64,000 nucleotides of DNA. Source: Desulfurellales bacterium. GTDB taxonomy: Bacteria > Campylobacterota_A > Desulfurellia > Desulfurellales > Hippeaceae. This document shows positions 10,563 through 20,250 of the stretch, one piece after another (the stretch's first letter is position 1; each line of letters opens with the position of its first letter). The position numbers and the translations under genes were made by a program. The notes beneath the pieces are model-generated. The model had not been told where the DNA came from. It worked only from the letters and a program-made list of their open reading frames with translations, and made no database searches. The DNA lies in contig JAMOQJ010000012.1 in assembly GCA_027064065.1 (NCBI GenBank), positions 19-64,018 on the forward strand, given 5' to 3'.

Positions 10563-11003
10563 TTACATTTTTACTTCTAAAACAGGTTTTGACGATAGTC
10601 TCATAACCTTCTCAGTTACGCTTCCAAACATAAATCTCTCAAGTCCGCTTTTACCGTGTGCACCCATTACGATTAAATCTATGTCGTTTTTATCTGCAAA
10701 TTCCACTATCTTTCTTGCTGCATCTCCAACTTCTATTACAACTTCAGCATTACCGTTGATGTTGTAACGGTTTCTTAGATGGTCTATCTCTTTTATGGCT
10801 TCTTCCTTCATAGAATTTATGATTTGTTCTGCTGGTAGAGATGGTACATACCCTACTGCTGCATTAATGTCTGTTATACAGTGGTATATGTACAACTTTG
10901 CTTTGAATGTTTCAGACACTAATTTTGCGTATTTCATAGCATATTCGGAATTTGCGGATAAATCCGTGGGAGCCAAAATTTTTTTGATAGCTATTCCTTC
11001 CAT
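10563..11003 (-). CDS. Universal stress protein
   Basis: ILAPTDLS N-terminus and DLIVMGAHGKSG..GSVTE motif. Confidence 0.93.
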   Translation of the reverse strand: MEGIAIKKILAPTDLSANSEYAMKYAKLVSETFKAKLYIYHCITDINAAVGYVPSLPAEQIINSMKEEAIKEIDHLRNRYNINGNAEVVIEVGDAARKIVEFADKNDIDLIVMGAHGKSGLERFMFGSVTEKVMRLSSKPVLEVKM

Positions 11004-11013
11004 TACACCCTCC

Positions 11014-12027
11014 TTAATTATCTTTTTCTATAAGTTTTTCAGCTATTTGAACGGCGTTTAGGGCTGCTCCTTTTCTGATTTGGTCTCCAACAATCCAGAA
11101 CGATAGCCAATTTTTGCCGTTCAAATCTTCCCTTATCCTTCCAACTTCACAATCGTCTTTTCCGCTAACAAACAAAGGCATTGGGTAAACACTATTTTCT
11201 ATATCGTCAACAACCTTTACGCCAGGGAAATTGTCTATTAATTCTTTAGCCTTTTCTTTTGTTATTTCGTTTTCAAGTTCTACCGTTACGGCTTCGGAAT
11301 GAGCTCTAAATACCGGTAGTCTTACACATGTTGCCGAAACCAAAATGTCTTTATCATGCAGCATTTTTCTTGTTTCGTTAACCATTTTCATTTCTTCTTT
11401 TGTGTAATCGTTATCTAAAAAAATATCAACCTGCGGAATAACATTAAAAATTAATTGATACGGGAATTTTTCTATTGGTAATTTTTCATTTTTTGCCCAC
11501 GCTATAGCCTGCATTTTAAGCTCTTCCATGGCTTGAGCACCTGCTCCCGATGCTGCTTGGTATGTTGAAACTATTATTCTTTTTACCCTTGAATAGTCGT
11601 ATAAAGGCTTTATTGCCATAAGCATAATAATTGTTGTGCAGTTTGGATTTGCTATTATTCCTTTATGCGTGAATATATCATCAGGATTTACTTCAGGAAC
11701 CACCAACGGAACATCATCATCCATTCTAAAAGCAGAACTGTTATCTATTACAACCGCACCTGCTTCAACGGCATATGGAGCAAACTCTCTGCTTCTTGAT
11801 GCTCCAGCTGAGAATAGCGCTATATCAACGTTTTTAAATGCGTCTTTTGTTGTTTCTTCAACAGTATATTCTTTATCTTTAAACTTTATTTTTTTGCCTT
11901 TTGAGCGTTTGGATGCTAAAAGTTTTAACTCTTTGATTGGAAAATTTCTTTCGTCCAAAATTTTTAACATTTCTTCGCCTACGGCGCCTGTTGCACCAAC
12001 TACTGCAACATTGTACAATTTAGCCAC
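11014..12027 (-). CDS. asd: Aspartate-semialdehyde dehydrogenase
   Basis: GATGAVG, ANPNCTT, STYQAASGAG, CVRLPVFRAHSE and RKGAALNAVQ motifs. Confidence 0.96.
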   Translation of the reverse strand: MAKLYNVAVVGATGAVGEEMLKILDERNFPIKELKLLASKRSKGKKIKFKDKEYTVEETTKDAFKNVDIALFSAGASRSREFAPYAVEAGAVVIDNSSAFRMDDDVPLVVPEVNPDDIFTHKGIIANPNCTTIIMLMAIKPLYDYSRVKRIIVSTYQAASGAGAQAMEELKMQAIAWAKNEKLPIEKFPYQLIFNVIPQVDIFLDNDYTKEEMKMVNETRKMLHDKDILVSATCVRLPVFRAHSEAVTVELENEITKEKAKELIDNFPGVKVVDDIENSVYPMPLFVSGKDDCEVGRIREDLNGKNWLSFWIVGDQIRKGAALNAVQIAEKLIEKDN

Positions 12028-12037
12028 CTTCTACCTC

Positions 12038-13057
12038 CTACAAATATTCTTTAATCAAAATTTCGGCTATCTGAACGGCATTTAACGCTGAACCCTTTCT
12101 TAGATTGTCTGCCGCCAAGTGGATACTTAAACCGTTTTGTGTAGAAAAATCTTTTCTTATGCCACCCACAAACACCTCATTTTTGTCTACAACATCAGTT
12201 GCGGTAGGATACCCTATTTCTTTTCGATTATCAATAATTTTACATCCGTTGGAGTTTTTTAGCAATGTTTTTATATCTTTTATTTCAAACGGCTTATCCG
12301 TTTCAATATTTATATATTCTGTATGACCTCTAAATATTGGAGCTATAAAGCAAGTTGCCGTTATTGCTATGTTTGAATGAAGAATTTTATTTATTTCGCT
12401 TATAAATCTTTCTTCTTCTTCAGAATATCCGTTTTTATTTATATTGAATGTGTTGGGTATGCAATTAAATGCTATCTTTTTATTAAATACCTTAGGTTTA
12501 ATATTATCATAATCAAACTCAAACCAAGCCTTTGTCTGCATCATCAACTCTTCACTTGCTTCAATACCAAACTCGCTAACGGATTGGTGTATAGAAGCTA
12601 TAATTCTTTTAATTTTGTATTTATTATGTATAGCATTCAGGACTAAAGAAGCAACGGTTGCTGAGCAGCTTGGTGTAGCTATGATTCCTTTATTTTTATA
12701 AAAGTCTATATCGTCTTTATTGATTTCTGGCACAACCATAGGTATTTCTTTTTCATCTTTAAAGGCTCCTGTAATATCTATAACCACACTGCCGCTTTCT
12801 GTGGCTAAGTTTACAAACTCTTTACTAATCTCTTTTGTTGCACAAAAAAAGGCTATATCAATATTTTTGAATGAATTTTTATCGATAAGGTCTGTAAATG
12901 TTTCTTTGTTTTTATATGACAAACTGTAACCTATGGAATTGTCGCCCGCTATAAATTTTAGATTTTTGACAGGCAGTTCTCTTTCTTCCAAAACTGACAC
13001 TATCTCCCTTCCGACAACTCCAGTTGCACCTACTATGGCTATATTGTATTCTTTCAA
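12038..13057 (-). CDS. Divergent Asd paralogue (Usg-like)
   Basis: Full-length Asd fold (GATGVVG, DNLRKGSALNAVQ) with altered active-site motifs. Confidence 0.85.
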   Translation of the reverse strand: MKEYNIAIVGATGVVGREIVSVLEERELPVKNLKFIAGDNSIGYSLSYKNKETFTDLIDKNSFKNIDIAFFCATKEISKEFVNLATESGSVVIDITGAFKDEKEIPMVVPEINKDDIDFYKNKGIIATPSCSATVASLVLNAIHNKYKIKRIIASIHQSVSEFGIEASEELMMQTKAWFEFDYDNIKPKVFNKKIAFNCIPNTFNINKNGYSEEEERFISEINKILHSNIAITATCFIAPIFRGHTEYINIETDKPFEIKDIKTLLKNSNGCKIIDNRKEIGYPTATDVVDKNEVFVGGIRKDFSTQNGLSIHLAADNLRKGSALNAVQIAEILIKEYL

Positions 13058-13107
13058 GATACCCTCCTAATAAAATAATAGTGCTTAAATGAATTTTTTT
13101 CGAGTTT

Positions 13108-13671
13108 TTAAGGTTTTTTGTTGTTGAAACTATTCATGGCTTTTGCAAGACCATATTCCAATATTGTTAAGGCTGCCTCTTTTGCATTTTCTATGGCAAT
13201 CCTTATTATTTTTAATTCTTCAGTATTGAATTGTGATAGTACATACTCTTTTGGGTTTCCTTCTCTTCCTACGCCTATCTTTATTCTTACAAAGTTTTTG
13301 CTGCCCAAAGAGTTTATTATCGATTCTATACCCTTGTGCCCGCCACTTGATGAGTCCTTTTTTATCTTTATTTTACCAAAATCCATATCTATATCGTCGT
13401 GTATTACGATAATTTTGTCTAACTCTATTTGATAAAAGCTGGAAACTAAAGCTACGCTCTCTCCGCTTAGGTTCATATATGTGGTGGGTTTTAATACTAT
13501 AACTTTTTTATCTTGAAGTGAAAATTTGCCTATAAGACCTTTGAATTTTGTTGATTGGTTAAAATTAAAATTAAAAGAAAAGGACAGTAGGTCGCAAACC
13601 ATAAACCCCACATTATGTGGAGTTAATGCATACCTACTGCCCGGATTGCCTAATCCGACAATTAAATACAT
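13108..13671 (-). CDS. pth: Peptidyl-tRNA hydrolase
   Basis: LIVGLGNPG, HNVGF, KPTTYMNLSG and HDDID motifs. Confidence 0.96.
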   Translation of the reverse strand: MYLIVGLGNPGSRYALTPHNVGFMVCDLLSFSFNFNFNQSTKFKGLIGKFSLQDKKVIVLKPTTYMNLSGESVALVSSFYQIELDKIIVIHDDIDMDFGKIKIKKDSSSGGHKGIESIINSLGSKNFVRIKIGVGREGNPKEYVLSQFNTEELKIIRIAIENAKEAALTILEYGLAKAMNSFNNKKP

Positions 13672-13677
13672 TTATTG

Positions 13678-14277
13678 TTATTCTTGAGTTTCTTCCATCT
13701 CTTCTGTTTCTTCTTCTTCGGTTTCCTCTTCTTCTTTTGTTCTACCCAAGATAGCTACTACGGTGAAGTTTTTGGTTGACTTAACCTTTACACCTTCTGG
13801 TATATCCAGGTCAAATACATGAACAACGTCTCCAATATTCAAATCGGTAACGTCTACAACTATTTCGTTTGGGATAGCTTCAGGCAAAGCTTCTATCATG
13901 ATTTTTTTTCTTGGCTGATATAAATCTCCACCAAGCTTAACACCCTTTGCTTCGCCCTTTATTACTACAGGAACAAACAGTGTTACAGGTCGTCCTTCAG
14001 TAAGTTTATAAAAATCGATATGTCTTATTTCTTCTGTTACTGGATGCCATTGTATCTCTTTTACTATAACTTCATGCTTGTCTTTGCCTTCTATCTCTAT
14101 CTCAAATTTATCGTTTCTTCTGCTTTTTCTCAAAGCAGCCAAAAGTTCAGACTTATCAAGTTCGATATGTTTGTTTTCAGTGTTTGCTCCATATATTACG
14201 CCAGGCACTCTTCCTTGCCTTCTAAGTTTTCTTGAGGCTTTTGTTCCAAGCTCTCTTTCTTTTGCGGTAATAATCAT
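13678..14277 (-). CDS. rplY: 50S ribosomal protein bL25 (Ctc form)
   Basis: LRRQGRVPGVIYG and HIDFY motifs, Ctc C-terminal domain, acidic tail. Confidence 0.95.
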   Translation of the reverse strand: MIITAKERELGTKASRKLRRQGRVPGVIYGANTENKHIELDKSELLAALRKSRRNDKFEIEIEGKDKHEVIVKEIQWHPVTEEIRHIDFYKLTEGRPVTLFVPVVIKGEAKGVKLGGDLYQPRKKIMIEALPEAIPNEIVVDVTDLNIGDVVHVFDLDIPEGVKVKSTKNFTVVAILGRTKEEEETEEEETEEMEETQE

Positions 14278-14301
14278 CTTGCATCAACTCCCTTACTTTA
14301 T

Positions 14302-15258
14302 TTATTCAAAAATAGCGCTTAATGACTCTTTGTGGTAAACCCTTCTTATGGCTTCACCTATAAGTTTACCGACGGATAAAACCTTTATTTTAGTTGTGGG
14401 TGTTTTGGTAGAAAACTTTATAGTATTAGTAACGGCAAGTTCTATTATAGGCGAATTATTGATTTTATCTATTGCGTTTCCGCTGAGTATGGGATGTGTG
14501 CAGCATGCATAAACACCGTCTGCACCTTCACTATCCAAAGCTTTTGCAGCATTAGTTAAAGTTCCTGCTGTGTCTACTATATCGTCTATTATTATTGCCG
14601 TTTTGCCTTTTATTTCGCCTATGATATTCATTATCTCACTTACATTGGGTTTAGGCCTTCTTTTATCTATAATGGCTATTGAACAACCAAGTTTTTTTGC
14701 ATAGTATCTTGCTCTTTCTACACCTCCGGCGTCCGGGGATACGATAACCAATTCTTTTGCTTTGATATTTCTTATATAATCCAATAGTATTGGTGCTGCA
14801 TATAAATGGTCAACGGGTATATCGAAAAAGCCTTGAATTTGGCCGGCGTGCAAATCCATAGATATAATTCTACTTGCTCCGGCAGCAGTAATTAAATCGG
14901 CAACCAATTTTGCAGAAATTGGAACCCTGGGAGCAACCTTTCTGTCTTGTCTTGCGTAGGCGTAATATGGTACGACAATATTTATTGAATTTGCGCTTGA
15001 TCTTTTTAGGGCATCGAGTGTTACAAGCAGTTCCATTAGATTGTCGTTTACTGGAGATGAAAGGGATTGTATTAAGAAAACATCTACCCCTCTTACGCTT
15101 TCGTCAATTTGAACGTAAACTTCTCCGTCGCTAAATCTTGATATTTGCGATTTAGCCAAAGGTATTCCTAAATATTCGCTAACTTCATTAGCCAATTCTA
15201 TATTTGCTGTTCCACTAATTAATTTAAGGTCAATCATTACACTCTCTTTTTGCACCAT
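14302..15258 (-). CDS. prs: Ribose-phosphate pyrophosphokinase
   Basis: FSDGE, YARQDR, DLHAGQIQGFFD, VSPDAGG and DDIVDTAGT motifs. Confidence 0.97.
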   Translation of the reverse strand: MVQKESVMIDLKLISGTANIELANEVSEYLGIPLAKSQISRFSDGEVYVQIDESVRGVDVFLIQSLSSPVNDNLMELLVTLDALKRSSANSINIVVPYYAYARQDRKVAPRVPISAKLVADLITAAGASRIISMDLHAGQIQGFFDIPVDHLYAAPILLDYIRNIKAKELVIVSPDAGGVERARYYAKKLGCSIAIIDKRRPKPNVSEIMNIIGEIKGKTAIIIDDIVDTAGTLTNAAKALDSEGADGVYACCTHPILSGNAIDKINNSPIIELAVTNTIKFSTKTPTTKIKVLSVGKLIGEAIRRVYHKESLSAIFE

Positions 15259-15266
15259 AAATAAAA

Positions 15267-15340
15267 TGGCTGGGGTAGGTGGATTCGAACCACCGATCGA
15301 GGATCCAAAGTCCTCTGCCTTACCGCTTGGCTATACCCCA
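15267..15340 (-). tRNA. tRNA-Gln(TTG)
   Basis: Reverse complement TGGGGTATAGCCAAGCGGTAAGGCA GAGGA-CTTTGGA-TCCTC...GGTTCGAATCC...CCCAGCCA folds as a cloverleaf with encoded CCA. Confidence 0.95.
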
Positions 15341-15381
15341 ACATGAAAAACGGCTGCAGTTGCTCGCAGCCGAATTATTAA

Positions 15382-15663
15382 TTAATTTTCTTCTTCCTGT
15401 TTTTCTTCTGACATTACCTTGTCGTATTCACCTAAAACAGCAGTCTCAAGTTTTTGTCTCATTTCGTTATTTAAAGGATGCGCAACATCCTTAAAACTTC
15501 CGTCTTTCATTTTTCTTGACGGCATAGCAACAAATAAGCCTTTTTGACCACTAATGATTTTCAAATCCCTTACAACAAATTCGTTATCAAAGATTACCGT
15601 GGCGAAACCTTTTAACTTCTCATCACCTTCGATAGGACTAACTCTTACCTCTGTAATTTCCAT
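15382..15663 (-). CDS. spoVG: SpoVG family nucleic-acid-binding regulator
   Basis: MEITEVRV, GLFVAMPSRK and FKDVAHP motifs. Confidence 0.95.
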   Translation of the reverse strand: MEITEVRVSPIEGDEKLKGFATVIFDNEFVVRDLKIISGQKGLFVAMPSRKMKDGSFKDVAHPLNNEMRQKLETAVLGEYDKVMSEEKQEEEN

Positions 15664-15668
15664 AAAGC

Positions 15669-16541
15669 TTACCTTCCTTCATCTGCGAAATTTACTGTTT
15701 TACAAAAAATGCCTTCAGAAACCAACAACTCCTCAATACCTTCCTCTGCTTTCACCTCCGGATTAGTAATTGAAAACATGCTTGCACCACTACCGGATAG
15801 TAGCGCGTTGCCAAAATATTTAACCAAAACAGACTTTAAACTTTTAAGCTCTTTAAATCTGCTCAATGCCACCTCTTCCAAATCGTTGCAAAGGTGTTGT
15901 TTGATTTTTTCAAGTTCACACCTTCCGCCACTGATAACAAATGGCATTTTATTGATAGGCTTGCCTGTTGTCAACAATAATTTTGAATATTGAGAATATA
16001 TGTAGGCTGTACTGATATTTATTCTTGGAATTGCCAAGAAAATTTGATGATTTGTCGTATTGCAGTCAATCTCTTGAAGAATCTCTCCTTTGCCTTTTGC
16101 TATGGCAGACGGTTTTTTGCATAGAAAAAAAGGAACATCACTTCCTATTAAACATGATATGTCGTAAATTTCTTTTTCAGATAGTGGAAATTCAAACAAT
16201 TTATTTAACGTTAGAAGCGTATATGCAGCATTGGAGCTACCACCGCCAAGGCCACCACCCATGGGTATATTCTTTTCTATCTCGATTTTTACTTGAGGTT
16301 TTATCTTTGCCTTATCAAAGAACAGTGAAGCTGCCTTATAGGCTAAATTGTCTTGATTGTTTAATTCTTTAATATTTGTTTTTATGTCTATGGAATATTT
16401 AGATGTTTTGTTTATCTCTATATAATCAAAGAAATCAATCTTGTGCATCAATGTATAGAGTTCGTGATATCCATCATCTCTTTTTCCAAGGACGTATAAA
16501 AAAAGATTAACCTTTGCGTATGATTTGCAAATCAATGCCAA
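15669..16541 (-). CDS. ispE: 4-diphosphocytidyl-2-C-methyl-D-erythritol kinase
   Basis: AKVNLFL, DGYHEL, KNIPMGGGLGGGSS, GSDVPFF and LSGSG motifs. Confidence 0.95.
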   Translation of the reverse strand: MALICKSYAKVNLFLYVLGKRDDGYHELYTLMHKIDFFDYIEINKTSKYSIDIKTNIKELNNQDNLAYKAASLFFDKAKIKPQVKIEIEKNIPMGGGLGGGSSNAAYTLLTLNKLFEFPLSEKEIYDISCLIGSDVPFFLCKKPSAIAKGKGEILQEIDCNTTNHQIFLAIPRINISTAYIYSQYSKLLLTTGKPINKMPFVISGGRCELEKIKQHLCNDLEEVALSRFKELKSLKSVLVKYFGNALLSGSGASMFSITNPEVKAEEGIEELLVSEGIFCKTVNFADEGR

Positions 16542-17788
16542 GCCCCCAATTTTTTTGCCATATCTTTTACCTTAAATTTTATCTCTTCTTCGTCTATATT
16601 TACAAACTTTCTGTCTTTTAAAATTATTTTTCCGTCTACTATAACGGTAGATACATCCCTTGAATTTGCGGCATAGGCTAAATAGGAATAAGGGTCATAC
16701 ATCGGTGTAGCTTCGAAAGAATCCAATTTTATTATTGTTATATCGGCAGAAAACCCTTCCTTCAACTTACCGGAATCTTCAAATAGAGATTTTGTGCCCA
16801 TGTTAAATGTATCTTTTGCGTTTAATGCCGTTTCATCCATGGATATTATCTTTTGTATTAGGCTCATAGTTCTTAACTCTTCAATAATATCTAAGTTGTT
16901 GTTGCTTGCCGAGCCGTCGGTTCCTATTAATACTTCTATGTCGTTTTTAAGTATTTTGTATATCGGTGCTATGCCACTTGCTAACTTAAGGTTGCTTTGA
17001 GGGACATTTATGACCTTAGCATTTCTTTTTTTTGTTAATTCTATATCGTTGTCGTTGTGGGCTACGCAGTGAGCAAGGTAGGTTTTGTCGGTTAAAAGAC
17101 CTAATTCATCAAGTAATGCTATAGGGCGTTTTCCTTTATCCTTCAATGCCATGTCGACTTCACCTGTAGTTTCATTGGCGTGTATTTGAATAATGGAGCC
17201 TTGAGCTTTGTCGGATATTTTTTTTAGGCTATCTTTGGACAATGTGTAGGTTGAATGCGGGGCAAAACTGACTTTTATCTTTTCGCTTTCAAATTCTCTT
17301 TTTAACGATTCAGTTTTCGATAAAGCATCGTCTACACTTTTACAGCTTGGCGTTTCAAAATCCACAATTCCTTCGCCAATTATACCCTTTATACCTATCT
17401 CAAGCGCAGCTTTTGCCACTTCTTCTTCAAAGAAATACATATCCATAAAACAGCCAACGCCACCGCGAATCATCTCAAGCATAGAGAGTTTTGAGCATAT
17501 ATAGACCATCTCTTTGTTTACATATTTTGCCTCGTTAGGGAAGATATGGTTATTTAACCAGTCCATCAAAGCCAAGTCGTCTGCCATTCCTCTAAACAGA
17601 CTCATCGCAAGATGCGTATGGGCGTTGCAAAAAGACGGTAAAACTATACAGTTTGAAGCATCTATAATTTCATCTGCTTGTTTATTTATGTCTTTTTCTA
17701 TCTTTTTAATTTTTCCGTTTTCTATAAAGATATCGCATATTTCGTCTTTTTCTTTTAGGCAGTATCCGTTTTTGATTAAGATGCTCAT
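16532..17788 (-). CDS. Amidohydrolase, MTA/SAH deaminase-like
   Basis: NAHTH, APHS, IHANET, AHCV and GTDGSASNN metal-binding motifs. Confidence 0.85.
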   Translation of the reverse strand: MSILIKNGYCLKEKDEICDIFIENGKIKKIEKDINKQADEIIDASNCIVLPSFCNAHTHLAMSLFRGMADDLALMDWLNNHIFPNEAKYVNKEMVYICSKLSMLEMIRGGVGCFMDMYFFEEEVAKAALEIGIKGIIGEGIVDFETPSCKSVDDALSKTESLKREFESEKIKVSFAPHSTYTLSKDSLKKISDKAQGSIIQIHANETTGEVDMALKDKGKRPIALLDELGLLTDKTYLAHCVAHNDNDIELTKKRNAKVINVPQSNLKLASGIAPIYKILKNDIEVLIGTDGSASNNNLDIIEELRTMSLIQKIISMDETALNAKDTFNMGTKSLFEDSGKLKEGFSADITIIKLDSFEATPMYDPYSYLAYAANSRDVSTVIVDGKIILKDRKFVNIDEEEIKFKVKDMAKKLGAWH

Positions 17789-18591
17789 TGTACAACCTCT
17801 AAAAAGTTGTTTATTAGTTTAGAAAGTTTTTCCGAAGATGATTTTGCCGTTTCTATAACCGATTCAAGCGGAGCTTTTTCCATGCAGTCAGGTCTATTCA
17901 TATTTGTAATAATGGAAATCGACATACAACTTACGCCCATATGTTTCAAGGCTATGACTTCAGGCACAGTTGACATACCTATGGCATCGGCTCCTATCAT
18001 TCTAAAAAATCTTGTTTCGGCAGGTGTTTCCATAGACGGTCCGCTTACCGCTATATACACGCCTTCTTTTAAATCTATTGCGTTTTTTAGCGCTACATCT
18101 TTTATGATTTCTATATATTTTTTATCGTAAGGTTCGCTCATATCGGGAAATTTTTCTCCAAGTTCGTCTATGTTTTTACCTTTAAGCGGATTTGCACCCA
18201 TCATATTTATGTGGTCTTTTGCAATCATTAGGTCGCCTTTTTTAAAATTGGGATTCAAACCGCCGGCTGCATTTGTCAATATAACCAATTTTGCTCCACA
18301 CATACCCAAGAGTCTTGCCAAAAAAACAACATCCTGCATAGAATATTCTTCATAGTAGTGAAATCTGCCACAAGCAACAACTATTTTTTTTGAATTTTTT
18401 GTGCAATATTCAAAATATCCTTTATGAGACGGTGTTGTAGGCTTTGGTATATTTGGTATTTGTGAGTATGGAACAGTTGTTGTGTGTGAGTCTAACTTTA
18501 TATCTATGCCTGTTCCTGTTATTATCGCATAATCGATAGCGCCTACGGTATTAATAAATTTTTCTTTGGCTTCTTGAAGTTTATTAAACAC
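17785..18591 (-). CDS. Purine-nucleoside phosphorylase (trimeric type)
   Basis: GRFHYYE, TNAAGG, GPSMETPAE and GMSTVPE motifs; GTG start at 18591 after GGAGGT. Confidence 0.92.
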   Translation of the reverse strand: MFNKLQEAKEKFINTVGAIDYAIITGTGIDIKLDSHTTTVPYSQIPNIPKPTTPSHKGYFEYCTKNSKKIVVACGRFHYYEEYSMQDVVFLARLLGMCGAKLVILTNAAGGLNPNFKKGDLMIAKDHINMMGANPLKGKNIDELGEKFPDMSEPYDKKYIEIIKDVALKNAIDLKEGVYIAVSGPSMETPAETRFFRMIGADAIGMSTVPEVIALKHMGVSCMSISIITNMNRPDCMEKAPLESVIETAKSSSEKLSKLINNFLEVVQ

Positions 18592-18730
18592 ATAGCACCT
18601 CCACTTTGTCTCTTTAAACAGTAAATATACCATAGTTATTTTTCAAAAAAAACAAAAATAGGCATAACATTTTATTAAATTCCTTATCAAACAGTTTACA
18701 TTCATATTGAAATTTGATATTTTGTTGTTT

Positions 18731-19096
18731 GTGAAGTTTTTGGTGAGATGGGCTATAAACACAATAGCCCTTGGGGTTACCGTACTTATAGTTAAAGGCT
18801 TATATGTAAGCGGCATTGTTGCCCTTGTTGTTGCAAGTCTGTTTATAGGTTTTTTAAATGCAAGCTTGAGGCCTATTATGCTTTTGCTTACATTGCCATT
18901 CAATATACTAACCATGGGAACCTTTACATTTATTATAAATACCATAATGATTTTAATAACCTCAGAGATAGTGAGAGGGTTCGATGTTTCTGGATTTTGG
19001 GCTGCGTTTGTAGCATCCCTTATAATGAGTTTCGTTAGTTTTTTATTGAATCTGTTTGTTTACGTAAATAAAGAAACCGAAGAGCAAGAACTTTAA
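18731..19096 (+). CDS. YvlD/DUF360 'phage holin family' membrane protein
   Basis: LNASLRPIMLLLTLPFNILTMGTF signature; likely GTG start at 18731. Confidence 0.85.
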   Translation: MKFLVRWAINTIALGVTVLIVKGLYVSGIVALVVASLFIGFLNASLRPIMLLLTLPFNILTMGTFTFIINTIMILITSEIVRGFDVSGFWAAFVASLIMSFVSFLLNLFVYVNKETEEQEL

Positions 19097-19123
19097 TCTT
19101 AAAACAATAGCGGAGTTTGTGAG

Positions 19124-20221
19124 ATGAGTGAAAAAATGCCTGAATTATATTTTGGTGATTTGAAGGCTGAAGTTCCTATAGTGCAGGGTGGCATGGGTGT
19201 TGGTATATCTATGTCATCATTGGCAAGTGCAGTTGCTAATGAAGGCGGTGTAGGTGTTATATCCGCCGCCGAGATTGGGTTTATTAGAGAAGAGTTTGCG
19301 AGAAATCCGAAAGAAGCCAATACTTTAGCCCTTGAAGAAGAGATTAAAAAAGCTAAATCTTTAAGCAAAAAAGGCATTATTGGCGTAAATATAATGGTCG
19401 CCTTAACCGAGTTTATCGATTTAATAAAGGCTTCTATTAAAGCTGGAGCAGATATTCTGTTTTGCGGAGCTGGACTGCCTTTGACTGTTCCTATAGAAGA
19501 GATAAAGGAAAGCGGCATAAAATTTGGCGTGATAGTGTCGTCGGCAAAAGCAACAACGCTAATATTTAAATATTGGGATAGACATTACGGTGTAATTCCT
19601 GACGCTGTTGTTGTGGAAGGTCCAAAAGCCGGCGGTCATTTGGGTTTTAGGTATGAGCAGATTGATAATCCTGACTTTGAATTGGAAAAAATTGTACCGC
19701 CTGTATTGGATGCTGTTAAGGTTTATGAAGAGAAATACAACAAAAAGATTCCGACCATTGCGGCTGGTGGTATATATACCGGTGAAGACATATACAAGTT
19801 TATTAATAAAATAGGGGTTGACGGTGTTCAAATGGCGACAAGGTTTGTTGCTACACATGAATGCGATGCGGATATAAGATTCAAAGAAGCTTATGTAAAT
19901 TGTAAAAAAGAAGATATCACCATAATCAGAAGTCCTGTAGGTTTGCCAGGTAGAGCTATAAAAAACAAATTTTTAGAAGATGTCGAAGAAGGTAAAAAAC
20001 AGCCCTTTAAATGTATATGGCAATGCTTGAAAGGGTGTGAATATAGAAAAGCTCCATACTGCATAACGCAGGCTTTGATTAGCGCTCAAAAAGGCGTGTT
20101 TAAAAGCGGTTTTGCCTTTGCCGGCTCAAATGCATATAGGATAAATAAAATAGTGTCGGTGAAGGAACTTATGGATGAGCTGAAGGCGGATTACGCAAAA
20201 GCCGTTAGGTCAGAAGAATAG
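19124..20221 (+). CDS. Nitronate-monooxygenase-family flavoprotein, FabX-like
   Basis: QGGMGVGIS, VEGPKAGGHLG, QMATRF, SPVGLPGRA and a C-terminal CxxxCxxxC...C cluster. Confidence 0.85.
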   Translation: MSEKMPELYFGDLKAEVPIVQGGMGVGISMSSLASAVANEGGVGVISAAEIGFIREEFARNPKEANTLALEEEIKKAKSLSKKGIIGVNIMVALTEFIDLIKASIKAGADILFCGAGLPLTVPIEEIKESGIKFGVIVSSAKATTLIFKYWDRHYGVIPDAVVVEGPKAGGHLGFRYEQIDNPDFELEKIVPPVLDAVKVYEEKYNKKIPTIAAGGIYTGEDIYKFINKIGVDGVQMATRFVATHECDADIRFKEAYVNCKKEDITIIRSPVGLPGRAIKNKFLEDVEEGKKQPFKCIWQCLKGCEYRKAPYCITQALISAQKGVFKSGFAFAGSNAYRINKIVSVKELMDELKADYAKAVRSEE

Positions 20222-20250
20222 AGATATAAATTTCAAGGAGTTGTTATATA

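Noticed and set aside
13678..13735. Repetitive GAA-rich tract
   Set aside because: Encodes the ordinary acidic tail of Ctc/bL25
18731..19096. 'Phage holin' gene as evidence of a prophage
   Set aside because: The YvlD/DUF360 family is commonly chromosomal, and no other phage genes are in the window
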